Notes: generated by a model not told the origin, from the sequence alone. A stretch of 64,000 nt of DNA from an uncultured bacterium (GCA_964420595.1 CAYQUF010000005.1:187-64186); one strand, 5' to 3'. Shown: positions 30,491 through 39,401, numbered from the stretch's first letter. A program made the numbers and translations.

Positions 30491-31018
30491 CTAACTCAAC
30501 CATGCCAATCCTCCCAACACTAGCACGATCGCCCCGAGTGCCACCCAGATAAATCGGTTGTCCCCCGTATTGATTTGGCTGGGGTCGAGGGGTGGGGGTT
30601 CCGGTTGGGTGCGGCGGCGTTTGGTTCGCTGTTGGCGAATATCGGCGTCCCCTTGACGGAATCGGTCGCCGCTGTCGTCGAGTGCGGTTAAATCGGGAAT
30701 CTCGACCAGCCATTCGGGACGCGCTTGCAATTGCGGCGCTTCTAAAATATAGAGCAAGCGACGCCCTTGCTTGCTGGTTTCGGGGTCGGGGTGACGGCGC
30801 AATTGAGCGCAAAGTTCGATCGCTTTGTCGCGGTCTCCCACGGCTTGATAGGCGGTGACCAGCCAAATTTGAATTTCGCCGCCGAGTCGGGAGTTGCGCT
30901 TGACTAAGGCGCTGGCTTTCGCCAGATGGTTGGCGGCTTGGCGATACTGACCGCACTCGAATGCACTGCGTCCGTCTCGATACGCTTGGTTAACGATGTC
31001 TAAGGTTTCCGAATCCAC
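30491..31018 (-). CDS. TPR-like protein with C-terminal membrane anchor
   Basis: 'AYRDGRSAFECGQYRQAANHL' and 'AYQAVGDRDKAIELC' are TPR-like helices. The C-terminus carries the hydrophobic 'FIWVALGAIVLVLGGLAWL'. Confidence 0.6.
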   Translation of the reverse strand: MDSETLDIVNQAYRDGRSAFECGQYRQAANHLAKASALVKRNSRLGGEIQIWLVTAYQAVGDRDKAIELCAQLRRHPDPETSKQGRRLLYILEAPQLQARPEWLVEIPDLTALDDSGDRFRQGDADIRQQRTKRRRTQPEPPPLDPSQINTGDNRFIWVALGAIVLVLGGLAWLS

Positions 31019-31220
31019 AATTTCTATCGAACTCGCTGGCTGTTTGCGATCGCGATCGCCTTTGAGGGAACCGAATCGAGCCGGGATCGCGTCTGGCTAA
31101 TCGAACCGCAAACGTCTCAATTTTACCGAAGCCAGCTCCGGATTCTTCCCTCCTGTTTGGAATCGTAGAGCAGTTGGCGATCGCGTCTCGCGTTTAACCC
31201 CACTTATCGGAGGATTCGTC

Positions 31221-31625
31221 ATGTTCGAGTCATTACCAGGATGGCGTTCGTTCCCAATCCTAGCATTGGCGATCGCCCCGACAGTCATTTGGAGTAGTGC
31301 CATCGTTCCGGCGACCGCACAAGCGATCGTCATCGAGCGCGAAACCCGTTACCGCCATTACAATTATCCGCGTTCCTCGTGCAGTACGATTGTCTACGGC
31401 AGTCCCATCCCCTCTCCCATCGCGCGCGATACCCTCACCGGTCGTCCCTGTCGGGGGTCGCGAGTGCGCTACGGCTATCCGGTCTATCCCAGCTATCCCC
31501 GCCTTCGACGGCGGCGTTCGATTCGCGTCTATCCCCGCGATCGCCATTATCGCCGAGATCGGGGACGGTCGTACTATCGCGATCGCTCTCCCCGTCGCCG
31601 CCGCATCCGAATTATTTACGATTAA
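31221..31625 (+). CDS. Hypothetical secreted Arg/Tyr/Pro-rich low-complexity protein
   Basis: Plausible signal peptide ending 'PATAQA', then an R/Y/P-rich sequence. Long overlapping alternative-frame ORFs reduce confidence. Confidence 0.4.
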   Translation: MFESLPGWRSFPILALAIAPTVIWSSAIVPATAQAIVIERETRYRHYNYPRSSCSTIVYGSPIPSPIARDTLTGRPCRGSRVRYGYPVYPSYPRLRRRRSIRVYPRDRHYRRDRGRSYYRDRSPRRRRIRIIYD

Positions 31626-31651
31626 CCGATTCGACCGGGGAAGGGTTGCCG

Positions 31652-32674
31652 CTAGCGCCTGCGCCAACTGGGATTGCGCTGTTCCACGATCGCCCGCTTG
31701 TCCACCATCGTCATCATCGCGGGCATATCCGCAGACGCCAGATGGATTAATTTTAACTCCCGGGCGGCTTGGTTGAACGTTTTCCCTTGAGTCATGCGAT
31801 AGGCGATGTCGCGTACCTCATCCCAACTCAGATCGCTTTGAATGTAAGCCCGAGTCATGGCAATTAGTAAGTATTCGTATCGGTTCCCCTCCTCCCGCGT
31901 CATCATTGTATGGGGAATATCCATAACGCGATCGAAACAGTGATACCAACTCTGCGGCGCGTGCTGCAAGGCTAACTCGAATAATTTAACGTGATCCCGA
32001 TTGTCCACCGCGCGATCGCTCTCGCTAGAAATCACGAACATTGGGGCAACTGGAGGTTTGCGCGCCATCTGCAACACCTCCCCCCCCAAATCGAGCATCG
32101 TCCGCAACGCTGGCATATAAAAGCCAGGATACGCCAAACTCTCGCGATCGCCATCCCCCTGCCAAGCAAAATACAGATCGATATGCTCGACCAGCAAGTC
32201 CACCACCGCGCTGCTCCCGCTCAGATACGGCGCAAACAGCAACGCCCGATCCACCTGCGACGCATACTCCAGCGCCAGCCACGCCGCCACCGTGCCGCCG
32301 CCCGAAATTCCGCCGACCACCACTTCGTCGCCCAACGCGCGAGCGTATTCCAACCACTGACGGGCAAACTCCCGATAGGTGTCGATCTCCGTCGGCAGCG
32401 GTGGAGGGCGATCCGGTCCCCAATCTCCCGCCCGTCCGTGTCCCGGCATTAGCGGCACCAGGACATTATACCCTTCCCGAGACAGCGCCTCGCCCATGGG
32501 AATGAACTGATAGGGAGCGGCGGTGAAGCCGTGGAAGAACAGGCAAACCTTCGCCGTCGGTTGGGGGTGCAGCCAAAACTGAGCGCGACAGGTGGGGTGG
32601 CGCAGGGTCAGCGCCGTTTCTCGGGTTCTCGCCTCTCGCAGCATAGCGGCGGCTGTGGCAGTATAATTGGGCAT
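31652..32674 (-). CDS. Alpha/beta-fold hydrolase
   Basis: 'FFHGFTAAP' oxyanion region and nucleophile elbow 'GISGGG'. Confidence 0.75.
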   Translation of the reverse strand: MPNYTATAAAMLREARTRETALTLRHPTCRAQFWLHPQPTAKVCLFFHGFTAAPYQFIPMGEALSREGYNVLVPLMPGHGRAGDWGPDRPPPLPTEIDTYREFARQWLEYARALGDEVVVGGISGGGTVAAWLALEYASQVDRALLFAPYLSGSSAVVDLLVEHIDLYFAWQGDGDRESLAYPGFYMPALRTMLDLGGEVLQMARKPPVAPMFVISSESDRAVDNRDHVKLFELALQHAPQSWYHCFDRVMDIPHTMMTREEGNRYEYLLIAMTRAYIQSDLSWDEVRDIAYRMTQGKTFNQAARELKLIHLASADMPAMMTMVDKRAIVEQRNPSWRRR

Positions 32675-32687
32675 CGCAGGCGATCGC

Positions 32688-33581
32688 TTATTTCATGAAT
32701 TCCGACGCCACAATCATAGACCCAATTCCGGTATCGGTGAAAATTTCGAGCAATAGCGCGTGAGGAATGCGACCGTCGATAATGTGAGCGGCTCGCACCC
32801 CTTGCGCGAGCGATCGCACGCAGCAATTCACCTTCGGAATCATGCCGCCAGCGACCACCCCTTCGTCGATTAACCCCCGCGCCTGTTGGATATCCACCTT
32901 GGGAATCAGCGTAGACGGGTCTTTGTAATCCCGCAGGATTCCCGCCGTATCGGTCAGGAGAATTAACTTTTCCGCTCCCAACGCCGCCGCAATTTCGCCC
33001 GCCACCGTATCGGCGTTGATATTATAGGCTTGACCGGTTTCGTCGGACGCCACGCTAGAGACGACTGGAATATAGCGATTGTTGACCAACGACTCTAACA
33101 GGTCGATATCGACCGCATTGACCTCTCCCACGAAGCCGATTCCCTCTTGACCTTGAGGACGCGCTCGAATTAAATTAGCATCTTTGCCGCACAGTCCCAC
33201 CGCCGCGCCACCGGCTTGGTTGATCAGCGAGACAATCTCTTTATTCACCCGACCGACGAGTACCATTTCCACCACATCCATCGTCGGCGCGTCGGTGACC
33301 CGCAACCCGTCTTTAAATTGCGGCGCAATCCCCAATTTTCCCAACCAAGTATTGATTTCCGGACCGCCGCCGTGAACCACCACGGGTCGCAATCCCACGC
33401 AAGCGAGAAAGACCACGTCGCGGATCACCTTATCTTTGAGGGTGCTATCTTTCATCGCCGCACCGCCGTACTTAACGACGACGGTTCGACCTGCGAATTG
33501 CTGGATATAGGGGAGTGCTTCGCTGAGGACTCGAACTCGCGTGGCTTCGGCTTTTTGCAAATATTCGCGTTCTTTCAACAT
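32688..33581 (-). CDS. argB: Acetylglutamate kinase
   Basis: 'VVKYGGAAM', '[10 protein letters not shown]' and '[15 protein letters not shown]'. Confidence 0.93.
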   Translation of the reverse strand: MLKEREYLQKAEATRVRVLSEALPYIQQFAGRTVVVKYGGAAMKDSTLKDKVIRDVVFLACVGLRPVVVHGGGPEINTWLGKLGIAPQFKDGLRVTDAPTMDVVEMVLVGRVNKEIVSLINQAGGAAVGLCGKDANLIRARPQGQEGIGFVGEVNAVDIDLLESLVNNRYIPVVSSVASDETGQAYNINADTVAGEIAAALGAEKLILLTDTAGILRDYKDPSTLIPKVDIQQARGLIDEGVVAGGMIPKVNCCVRSLAQGVRAAHIIDGRIPHALLLEIFTDTGIGSMIVASEFMK

Positions 33582-33716
33582 GGGACTTGGGGGTTAACTA
33601 GAATGAATGAAAGCAGTCTAGACCATCATAGGCGCGAGGTTTGCGCGCGTGTCGGTGTTGAATTTGACGGTTGTGCGAGCGGGAGCGGGTTACAATCGAG
33701 CGATGCGGCAGTATTG

Positions 33717-34376
33717 CTATCCCAAATGATGTTTTGCCTCCTGCGCCACGGGTTCGACCTCATCATTTGCCAACTGCTCCAAAGTGGATTTGCCCTCATC
33801 CGTGCCAATGCGTCCCAAGGCTTGAGCGACGCGGTAGCGGGTTTGCCAATCGGGATCGGTGGCAAAGGGAATCAGCAAAGGGACGGCACGTTCGTCGGCA
33901 AGTTCGCCCAAAGCACCAATTGCCGTCATTCGCATCAGCTCGTTCTCATTCCCCAGGGCGTCGGAGAGCAGGTCGAAGGCACGGGGATCGCCCATTTCGC
34001 CGAGGGTGGCGATAATGCTAAACTCGATCAGCCATTCAGAGGTTTCGCGATAGACTTGTTGCAAGTCTTCAAAGGCGTCGGTTAAGTGCAATGCTCCGAT
34101 CGCGTCGGCGGCGGCGGCTTTGACATCCGGTTCGGGATCGTTGTGCAGGCAATCTCGCAGCACGGTTAGCGCAGTTGAGGGGTCTTGCCGACCCAAATTG
34201 GCGAGCTTGCTCACCGCAGCGTACCGCACGCGGGGATTGCTATCGGCAATGGCGGGTTGGAGAATTTCGTACGCGATCGCGTCGTCGAGGTATTCAACCT
34301 GATTGACACCGCGCAAGCGATCGCCGTAATCGTCTGAATTGACCAGTTGTCTGACCGATTCGGGAGTCACATTCAT
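33717..34376 (-). CDS. HEAT-repeat protein (PBS-lyase HEAT-like, NblB/CpcE-like)
   Basis: Repeated 'D.D..VR..A..ALG..G' units, for example 'DSNPRVRYAAVSKL' and 'DPDWQTRYRVAQALGRIG'. Confidence 0.7.
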   Translation of the reverse strand: MNVTPESVRQLVNSDDYGDRLRGVNQVEYLDDAIAYEILQPAIADSNPRVRYAAVSKLANLGRQDPSTALTVLRDCLHNDPEPDVKAAAADAIGALHLTDAFEDLQQVYRETSEWLIEFSIIATLGEMGDPRAFDLLSDALGNENELMRMTAIGALGELADERAVPLLIPFATDPDWQTRYRVAQALGRIGTDEGKSTLEQLANDEVEPVAQEAKHHLG

Positions 34377-34449
34377 AAGTGAGAAATTTTGTTAAAAACG
34401 ATCGTGTTTTGAATAAAAGAATTGACAAAAATGCAAACTGCCATTCGCC

Positions 34450-34923
34450 TTACTCTTCGCTGGTTGCCATGGCACGCACGATATCGCCGCGAGTGAGAAC
34501 GCCGATCGGTTTCCCGTCCTCATCCACCACCGGTAAGCGATTGATATTGCGCTGGTTCATCAAGCGAGCGGCTTCCGGAACGGTTTTCTCCGGTTTGATG
34601 GTTACCGGTTTCTCCGACATGACTTCGCCAACCGTTTGTCCGAGCGCCTTGTGCAATTCCCGTTCGTAGCGCGCCGGATTTTCCAAATAAATGATGCTAT
34701 CGAGCAACATGATATAAGCCGGTGGCGTCACGCCAGTTTCCTGCCAGGTTAAATCGGTTTCGGAAATAATGCCAATCGGCTTTCCGGCGTCGTTAACCAC
34801 CGGTAGACCGCCAATGCGGTTTTCTGCCAGAAGTTTAATCGCTTCCGACAAAGGGGTTTCCGGTCGCACCACAATCGGGTCGCGACTCATGATCTCTGCC
34901 ACGGTTTTGGGCATACTGGGCAA
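34450..34923 (-). CDS. CBS-domain pair protein
   Basis: Two CBS units ('IGGLPVVNDAGKPIGIISETDL' and 'INRLPVVDEDGKPIGVLTRGDI'). Confidence 0.85.
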   Translation of the reverse strand: MPSMPKTVAEIMSRDPIVVRPETPLSEAIKLLAENRIGGLPVVNDAGKPIGIISETDLTWQETGVTPPAYIMLLDSIIYLENPARYERELHKALGQTVGEVMSEKPVTIKPEKTVPEAARLMNQRNINRLPVVDEDGKPIGVLTRGDIVRAMATSEE

Positions 34924-35031
34924 TCGTTCCTCCTTCGGGTCTGGTGGCTATCATACCTCTGTGCGTTCCCCGATGCTGCGGTCGATTTCGATAAGATGAG
35001 AAGTGTGACGAATTGTTGAGTTATTTTAATT

Positions 35032-35358
35032 ATGGTAGATGCCGATCGCTCGACACCGAACCCCGACGAGGAAGAACGATGCGTCTATATCTGCCAGCAT
35101 CGCTCCTGTACTCGCAACGGGTCGCCAAAAGTTCTCGAAGCCTTTCAAAATGCCGATACCCACGGCGTGGCGGTGAAACCTAGCGGGTGCATGGGACAGT
35201 GTAGCTGCGGACCCACCGTGCGGGTGACGCCGGACGAAACGTGGTATTATCGCGTCTCGCCAGAAGACGTGCCGAAAATCGTCGAACAGCACTTCCAAAA
35301 TGGCGAACCGGTGGATGAGAAGCTCAATCCCCGCATTCACATGAGATTTTCGTTTTAG
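35032..35358 (+). CDS. Thioredoxin-like [2Fe-2S] ferredoxin
   Basis: The Cys pattern 'CQHRSC...GCMGQCSCGP' is typical of this family. Confidence 0.8.
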   Translation: MVDADRSTPNPDEEERCVYICQHRSCTRNGSPKVLEAFQNADTHGVAVKPSGCMGQCSCGPTVRVTPDETWYYRVSPEDVPKIVEQHFQNGEPVDEKLNPRIHMRFSF

Positions 35359-35361
35359 CCA

Positions 35362-36198
35362 ATGTCAAAACATTCGCGCCGTTACGACGGTTGGTCGCTA
35401 GAGGCGAGAGATCCAAAGGCGATCGCTTCTATAATGCCAGTTTGGGAGTGGTTTTACCGCTACTATTTCCGCGCCAGCAGCGACGGTTGGGAACACGTTC
35501 CCGAGGATCCCGTGTTATTCGTCGGTTCCCACAACGGTGGCTTAGCCGCCCCCGACATGACCGTGACGATGTATGATTGGTTTCGTCGCTTCGGCAGCGA
35601 TCGCCCCGTTTACGGATTAATGCATCCCAACGTCTGGCACGGCTATTCCCGCACGGCAAGATTTGTCACCCGTTTGGGAGCGGTGCGAGCGCATCCGAAG
35701 ATGGCGTTGGCAGCCTTTCGTCAGGGAGCCAGCGTCCTCGTCTATCCCGGTGGCGCGCAAGACGTGTACCGTCCCCATCATTGGCGCGATCGCATTTATT
35801 TTGCCGGACGGCGGGGATTTATTAAATTGGCGTTGCGGACAGGCGTCCCCATCGTACCGATAATTTCCTACGGCGCGCACGATACTCTCATTGTCCTGAC
35901 AGATTGCTACGATCTTGTCAAGTTCCTGCACGAAGAATGGGGAATGCCGTGGTTGTTCGATCTCGATCCAGAAGTGTTCCCAATCTACCTGGGATTTCCC
36001 TGGGGATTGACCTTCGGTCCGGTGCCGAATATCCCGCTTCCCACCCACATTCACGTGCGCGCGTGTCCTCCAATTCGATTCAAACACTACGGTCGCAAAG
36101 CCGCCAGCGATCGCGATTATGTGGAACAATGCTTTCAAGGGGTTCGCCGTCACATGCAAGCCCAGATGACGCGCCTGTATCGTGAAAAAGAAGGTTGA
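35362..36198 (+). CDS. Lysophospholipid/glycerolipid acyltransferase family protein (PlsC-like)
   Basis: 'FVGSHNGGLAAPD' and 'YPGGAQDV' resemble acyltransferase blocks. It starts 3 nt after the ferredoxin stop. Confidence 0.65.
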   Translation: MSKHSRRYDGWSLEARDPKAIASIMPVWEWFYRYYFRASSDGWEHVPEDPVLFVGSHNGGLAAPDMTVTMYDWFRRFGSDRPVYGLMHPNVWHGYSRTARFVTRLGAVRAHPKMALAAFRQGASVLVYPGGAQDVYRPHHWRDRIYFAGRRGFIKLALRTGVPIVPIISYGAHDTLIVLTDCYDLVKFLHEEWGMPWLFDLDPEVFPIYLGFPWGLTFGPVPNIPLPTHIHVRACPPIRFKHYGRKAASDRDYVEQCFQGVRRHMQAQMTRLYREKEG

Positions 36199-36204
36199 TC
36201 CGCC

Positions 36205-38412
36205 ATGCCACCTCGTATCTTCGGCATTCGGCATCACGGTCCCGGTTCCGCTCGCACTCTGCTGCACGCCTTCGACCAATGGCAGCCGGATATTATTTTA
36301 GTCGAAGGACCCCCCGATGCGGATGAAGCGATTCCCCTGCTGGCACATCCCGAAATGTCGCCGCCCGTGGCATTATTGGTGTACGATCGCGATCGCCCCC
36401 AGCGATCGGTTTACTATCCCTACGCCGCCTTCTCCCCCGAATGGCAAGCCTTGCGCTACGGCTTAACCCGCAACATCCCCGTGCAATTCATGGACTTGCC
36501 TCAAACCCACCGTTTGGCGGTCGAACCCTGCCAAGAGTCCACCGACCGATTGCACTTCGACCCCTTGGGACAGCTAGCAGAAGCAGCGGGATACAGCGAT
36601 GGCGAGCGGTGGTGGGAGCAAATGGTCGAACAACGGCGCGATGGCGCAGACATCTTTGAAGCCATCCTCGAAGCCATGAGTGCCGTGCGCCAAGAACTCG
36701 ACACCGAACCGCCAGCACTCGAGGCGCAGCGAGAAGCCTATATGCGCCAAACCATCCGCCATGCCATCAAACAAGGATACGATCGCCCGGCGGTCGTTTG
36801 CGGGGCATGGCACGCACCAGCACTGGCTCAAATGCCCCTAGTCAAACACGATCGCGCCTTATTAAAAGGATTGCCCAAAACCAAAGTTAACGCAACCTGG
36901 GTGCCGTGGACTTACGGACGCCTAGCCGCCAGTAGCGGTTACGGTGCCGGAATCGAATCGCCGGGGTGGTACGCGCACTTGTGGGAGATGCGCGAGTGCG
37001 ACGGAGAGGAAGCCATTGCCATCCGTTGGCTGACGCGGGTGGCGCAACTGCTGAGGAACGAAGATCTCGACGCCTCCTCCGCCAGCGTTATCGAAGCGGT
37101 GCGATTGGCGGGGTCCCTGGCTGCCCTGCGCGATCGTCCCGCTCCCAGTTTAGCCGACCTCAACGAAGCCGCGCAAACAGTGATGTGCTTCGGCAGCGAC
37201 GCACCGATGGCATTGATTCGCGACCAACTGATCGTCGGCGATCGCCTCGGAGAAGTTCCCGCCGAAACGCCAATGGTGCCGTTGCAAACGGACGTGCAGC
37301 AGCAGCAAAAGCGATTGCGCCTCAAAGCCGAACCCACGGAGAAAACCATTACCCTCGACCTGCGCAAACCCACGGACTTAGAGCGCAGCTATCTGTTGCA
37401 CCGACTGCGACTGTTGGGAATTCCGTGGGGAAAACCGCAGCAGACGCGGGGAATTGGCACGTTTAAAGAAGGCTGGCAATTGCAATGGCACCCGGAATTC
37501 GAGGTGTTGCTGATTGAAGCCGCCATTTGGGGCAATACCTTACTCGAAGCCGCCACCCACTACGCGCGAGATGCCGCCAACCGCGCCTCGGAACTGCCGG
37601 AGCTGACCGACTTGCTCAATCGGGTGCTGCTGTCGGAACTCCCCGACGCGATCGCTCCCATGATGGCACAATTACAGGCAATGGCGGCGGTGACCCGCGA
37701 TGTCGTCGATTTAATGGCGGCGTTACCTCCCCTCGCGCGCAGCCTGCGTTACGGAAACGTGCGCCAAACCGATACGGTCATGGTGTCGGGGGTGGTAGAC
37801 GGGTTAGTGGTACGCATTTGCATCGGTCTCCCCGGTGCGTGTCACGCACTCAACGACGATGCCGCAGCGGCGATGGACGATTGCCTCATGCAGGTTCACG
37901 GAGCGATCGCGCTATTACAAAACCCAGAATACCGCGATCGCTGGTACGCTGTCTTGCAACAGATGCAAAACCAGCAGGGGTTGCACGGATTGCTAGCCGG
38001 TCGCTGCTGTCGGCTGTTGCTCGACGGGGGGATTCTCGAGGCGGACGAAGCGGCGCGACGGATGGGATTGGCGCTCTCCACGGCGAACGAACCGTCACAG
38101 GCAGCGGCGTGGGTAGAAGGCTTTCTCAAGGGGAGCGGATTATTATTATTGTACGACGATCGCCTTTGGCAAGTGATTGACGATTGGTTGATGTCCTTGT
38201 CGGAAGCGGTATTAATGGCGCTATTGCCCTTATTGCGTCGCACGTTTTCCACGTTTTCGGCTCCCGAACGCCGTCAAATGTTAGAACGCGCCAACCGGGG
38301 AACGGCGAAAAAGCAGCAATCTGAGGTTAGGGTGGAATCGGAAAGAGGCGATCGAGTTTTGCCCGTGGTGGCGCAATTGTTGGGGGTCAAAATGCTCCGT
38401 ACCCATCTATAA
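36205..38412 (+). CDS. DUF5682 family protein (function unknown)
   Basis: The N-terminus 'IFGIRHHGPGSARTLL...ILVEGPPDADEAIPL...FSPEWQALRY' matches my recollection of DUF5682. 735 aa; starts 6 nt after the acyltransferase stop. Confidence 0.7.
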   Translation: MPPRIFGIRHHGPGSARTLLHAFDQWQPDIILVEGPPDADEAIPLLAHPEMSPPVALLVYDRDRPQRSVYYPYAAFSPEWQALRYGLTRNIPVQFMDLPQTHRLAVEPCQESTDRLHFDPLGQLAEAAGYSDGERWWEQMVEQRRDGADIFEAILEAMSAVRQELDTEPPALEAQREAYMRQTIRHAIKQGYDRPAVVCGAWHAPALAQMPLVKHDRALLKGLPKTKVNATWVPWTYGRLAASSGYGAGIESPGWYAHLWEMRECDGEEAIAIRWLTRVAQLLRNEDLDASSASVIEAVRLAGSLAALRDRPAPSLADLNEAAQTVMCFGSDAPMALIRDQLIVGDRLGEVPAETPMVPLQTDVQQQQKRLRLKAEPTEKTITLDLRKPTDLERSYLLHRLRLLGIPWGKPQQTRGIGTFKEGWQLQWHPEFEVLLIEAAIWGNTLLEAATHYARDAANRASELPELTDLLNRVLLSELPDAIAPMMAQLQAMAAVTRDVVDLMAALPPLARSLRYGNVRQTDTVMVSGVVDGLVVRICIGLPGACHALNDDAAAAMDDCLMQVHGAIALLQNPEYRDRWYAVLQQMQNQQGLHGLLAGRCCRLLLDGGILEADEAARRMGLALSTANEPSQAAAWVEGFLKGSGLLLLYDDRLWQVIDDWLMSLSEAVLMALLPLLRRTFSTFSAPERRQMLERANRGTAKKQQSEVRVESERGDRVLPVVAQLLGVKMLRTHL

Positions 38413-38440
38413 ATATCCTCAATTACTGTCATAACCGTAG

Positions 38441-38465
38441 GTTGGGTTGAGGCACGAAACCCAAC
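38441..38465. repeat. Hairpin GTTGGGTT-N9-AACCCAAC
   Basis: Perfect 8-bp inverted repeat starting 29 nt after the DUF5682 stop. No U-run follows. Confidence 0.7.
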
Positions 38466-38478
38466 AAATATCCAACGT

Positions 38479-38674
38479 TAGAAATCCAATAATTATAGCA
38501 ATGCGCTCTTGGCTATTTACAGCGAGGTGGTGTGTTCCGGCAATTTGACTCCATGGCGACGGTGCCCTATGGATCTGCACCGCGTACGGGCGGTTCGCGA
38601 ACCGCCCCTACCCAATGACTCGATCCGGTTGGATGGTTAATACACGAGCGCTCGCTGCTATAGAAATCCAATAA
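38479..38674. mobile_element. MITE-like insertion (about 168 bp, 38493-38660) flanked by a 14-bp direct repeat
   Basis: TAGAAATCCAATAA occurs at 38479-38492 and 38661-38674. The inner ends are imperfect inverted repeats (left ATAGCAATGCGCTC..., right reverse-complement ATAGCAGCGAGCGCTC...). No ORF lies inside. Confidence 0.5.
38588..38607. repeat. Perfect 20-bp palindrome GGGCGGTTCGCGAACCGCCC; second copy of the 12129-12148 hairpin family, inside the MITE-like element
   Basis: Read directly from the sequence. It differs from the 12129 copy only in the central 4 nt. Confidence 0.8.
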
Positions 38675-38722
38675 AAGGAACCCCAGAGACACAGAAAAAC
38701 AATCGCAAGAAATCGCGCAACG

Positions 38723-38939
38723 ATGACCGTTAATTGGATAAACTATATATATCATCAGTACGCCAGAAGTTCTGCATGGCAAACCTAAAATTCAAGGAAC
38801 GCGAATTCCGATCAGTCTAATCTGAGGTTATTGAGCCGCAGGACGCCATCAAGAGACGATTTTGGAGAATGTCCCCGATTTATCGCCAGAACAGATTGCA
38901 GCTTGTGTAGATGACGATCGCAATTTAGCCGAATTTTAA
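38723..38939 (+). pseudogene. DUF433-family antitoxin-like gene, inactivated by one frameshift and two in-frame TGA codons
   Basis: ATG 38723 gives 'MTVNWINYIY'. The frame then slips in the TA-repeat at 38744-38751. The next frame reads 'IISTPEVLHGKPKIQGTRIPISLI*GY*AAGRHQETILENVPDLSPEQIAACVDDDRNLAEF*', with TGA at 38823 and 38832. Confidence 0.7.
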
Positions 38940-39035
38940 TACGAACGTTATTTCAATTTCAGATTCGACCCCGAACCCGACCGTACCGAACCGATCGAGT
39001 TCGAGGGAGCGATCGCCTCTAAAATAGACGATTAT

Positions 39036-39401
39036 CTAACTTTCCCCATACGCTTGCACGATGGACGAAGGAGACGCGATCGCTTTAACTCGAACCGCAC
39101 CCCCCTCAAACGTCGCCATCCACTCACCCGAGCCAGATTCTTGATAGAAACCCGACAGCGTCACCTCGTCTCCCGAATAGGGCAGCCGAATCGTTTGTCC
39201 GACGCTGTACCCATCGCACTCGGTAGCAGTTTCGGATTTAGGAGGTTCTGGCGGCTTCGGTTTTGCCGGAGGTTTAGGCTGACGCGGAGGGTCGGCAGCA
39301 ACTTCAGGCGGTTGGGGGGCTTCGGGCGTCGTTTCGGGCGAATCGGGTCGTGCAGTCGCTTTGGGCGTGGTTGCTTTTTTCTTTTTCTTTTTAGCTGCCA
39401 T
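39036..39401 (-). CDS. Hypothetical protein with Lys/Pro-rich N-terminus and small C-terminal globular domain
   Basis: 121-aa ORF lying 49 nt downstream of the REC-GGDEF-EAL gene on the same strand. Confidence 0.5.
   Translation of the reverse strand: MAAKKKKKKATTPKATARPDSPETTPEAPQPPEVAADPPRQPKPPAKPKPPEPPKSETATECDGYSVGQTIRLPYSGDEVTLSGFYQESGSGEWMATFEGGAVRVKAIASPSSIVQAYGES

Noticed and set aside
30423-30956. 177-aa Arg/Pro/Ser-rich alternative-frame ORF over the TPR-like gene
   Set aside because: The translation is low-complexity, and the overlapping frame encodes a structured TPR/TM protein.
33216-34085. 289-aa ORF antisense to argB and the HEAT-repeat gene
   Set aside because: It spans two well-supported opposite-strand genes and the spacer between them, and has no recognisable domain.
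35617-36279. 220-aa antisense ORF over the acyltransferase gene, and a 217-aa alternative-frame ORF (37527-38180) inside the DUF5682 gene
   Set aside because: Both translations are Arg/Gly/Ser-rich and motif-free. The sense frames encode coherent proteins.
38567-38782. 71-aa minus-strand ORF
   Set aside because: It runs through the palindromic hairpin, the MITE-like insert and the start of the DUF433 pseudogene. It has no start context or protein-like features.
38940-39035. Possible remnant of a PIN/DUF5615-type toxin downstream of the DUF433 pseudogene ('YERYFNFRFDPEPDRTEPIEFEGA')
   Set aside because: The resemblance to the expected N-terminus is too weak. There is no start codon, and only 96 nt are available before the next gene.
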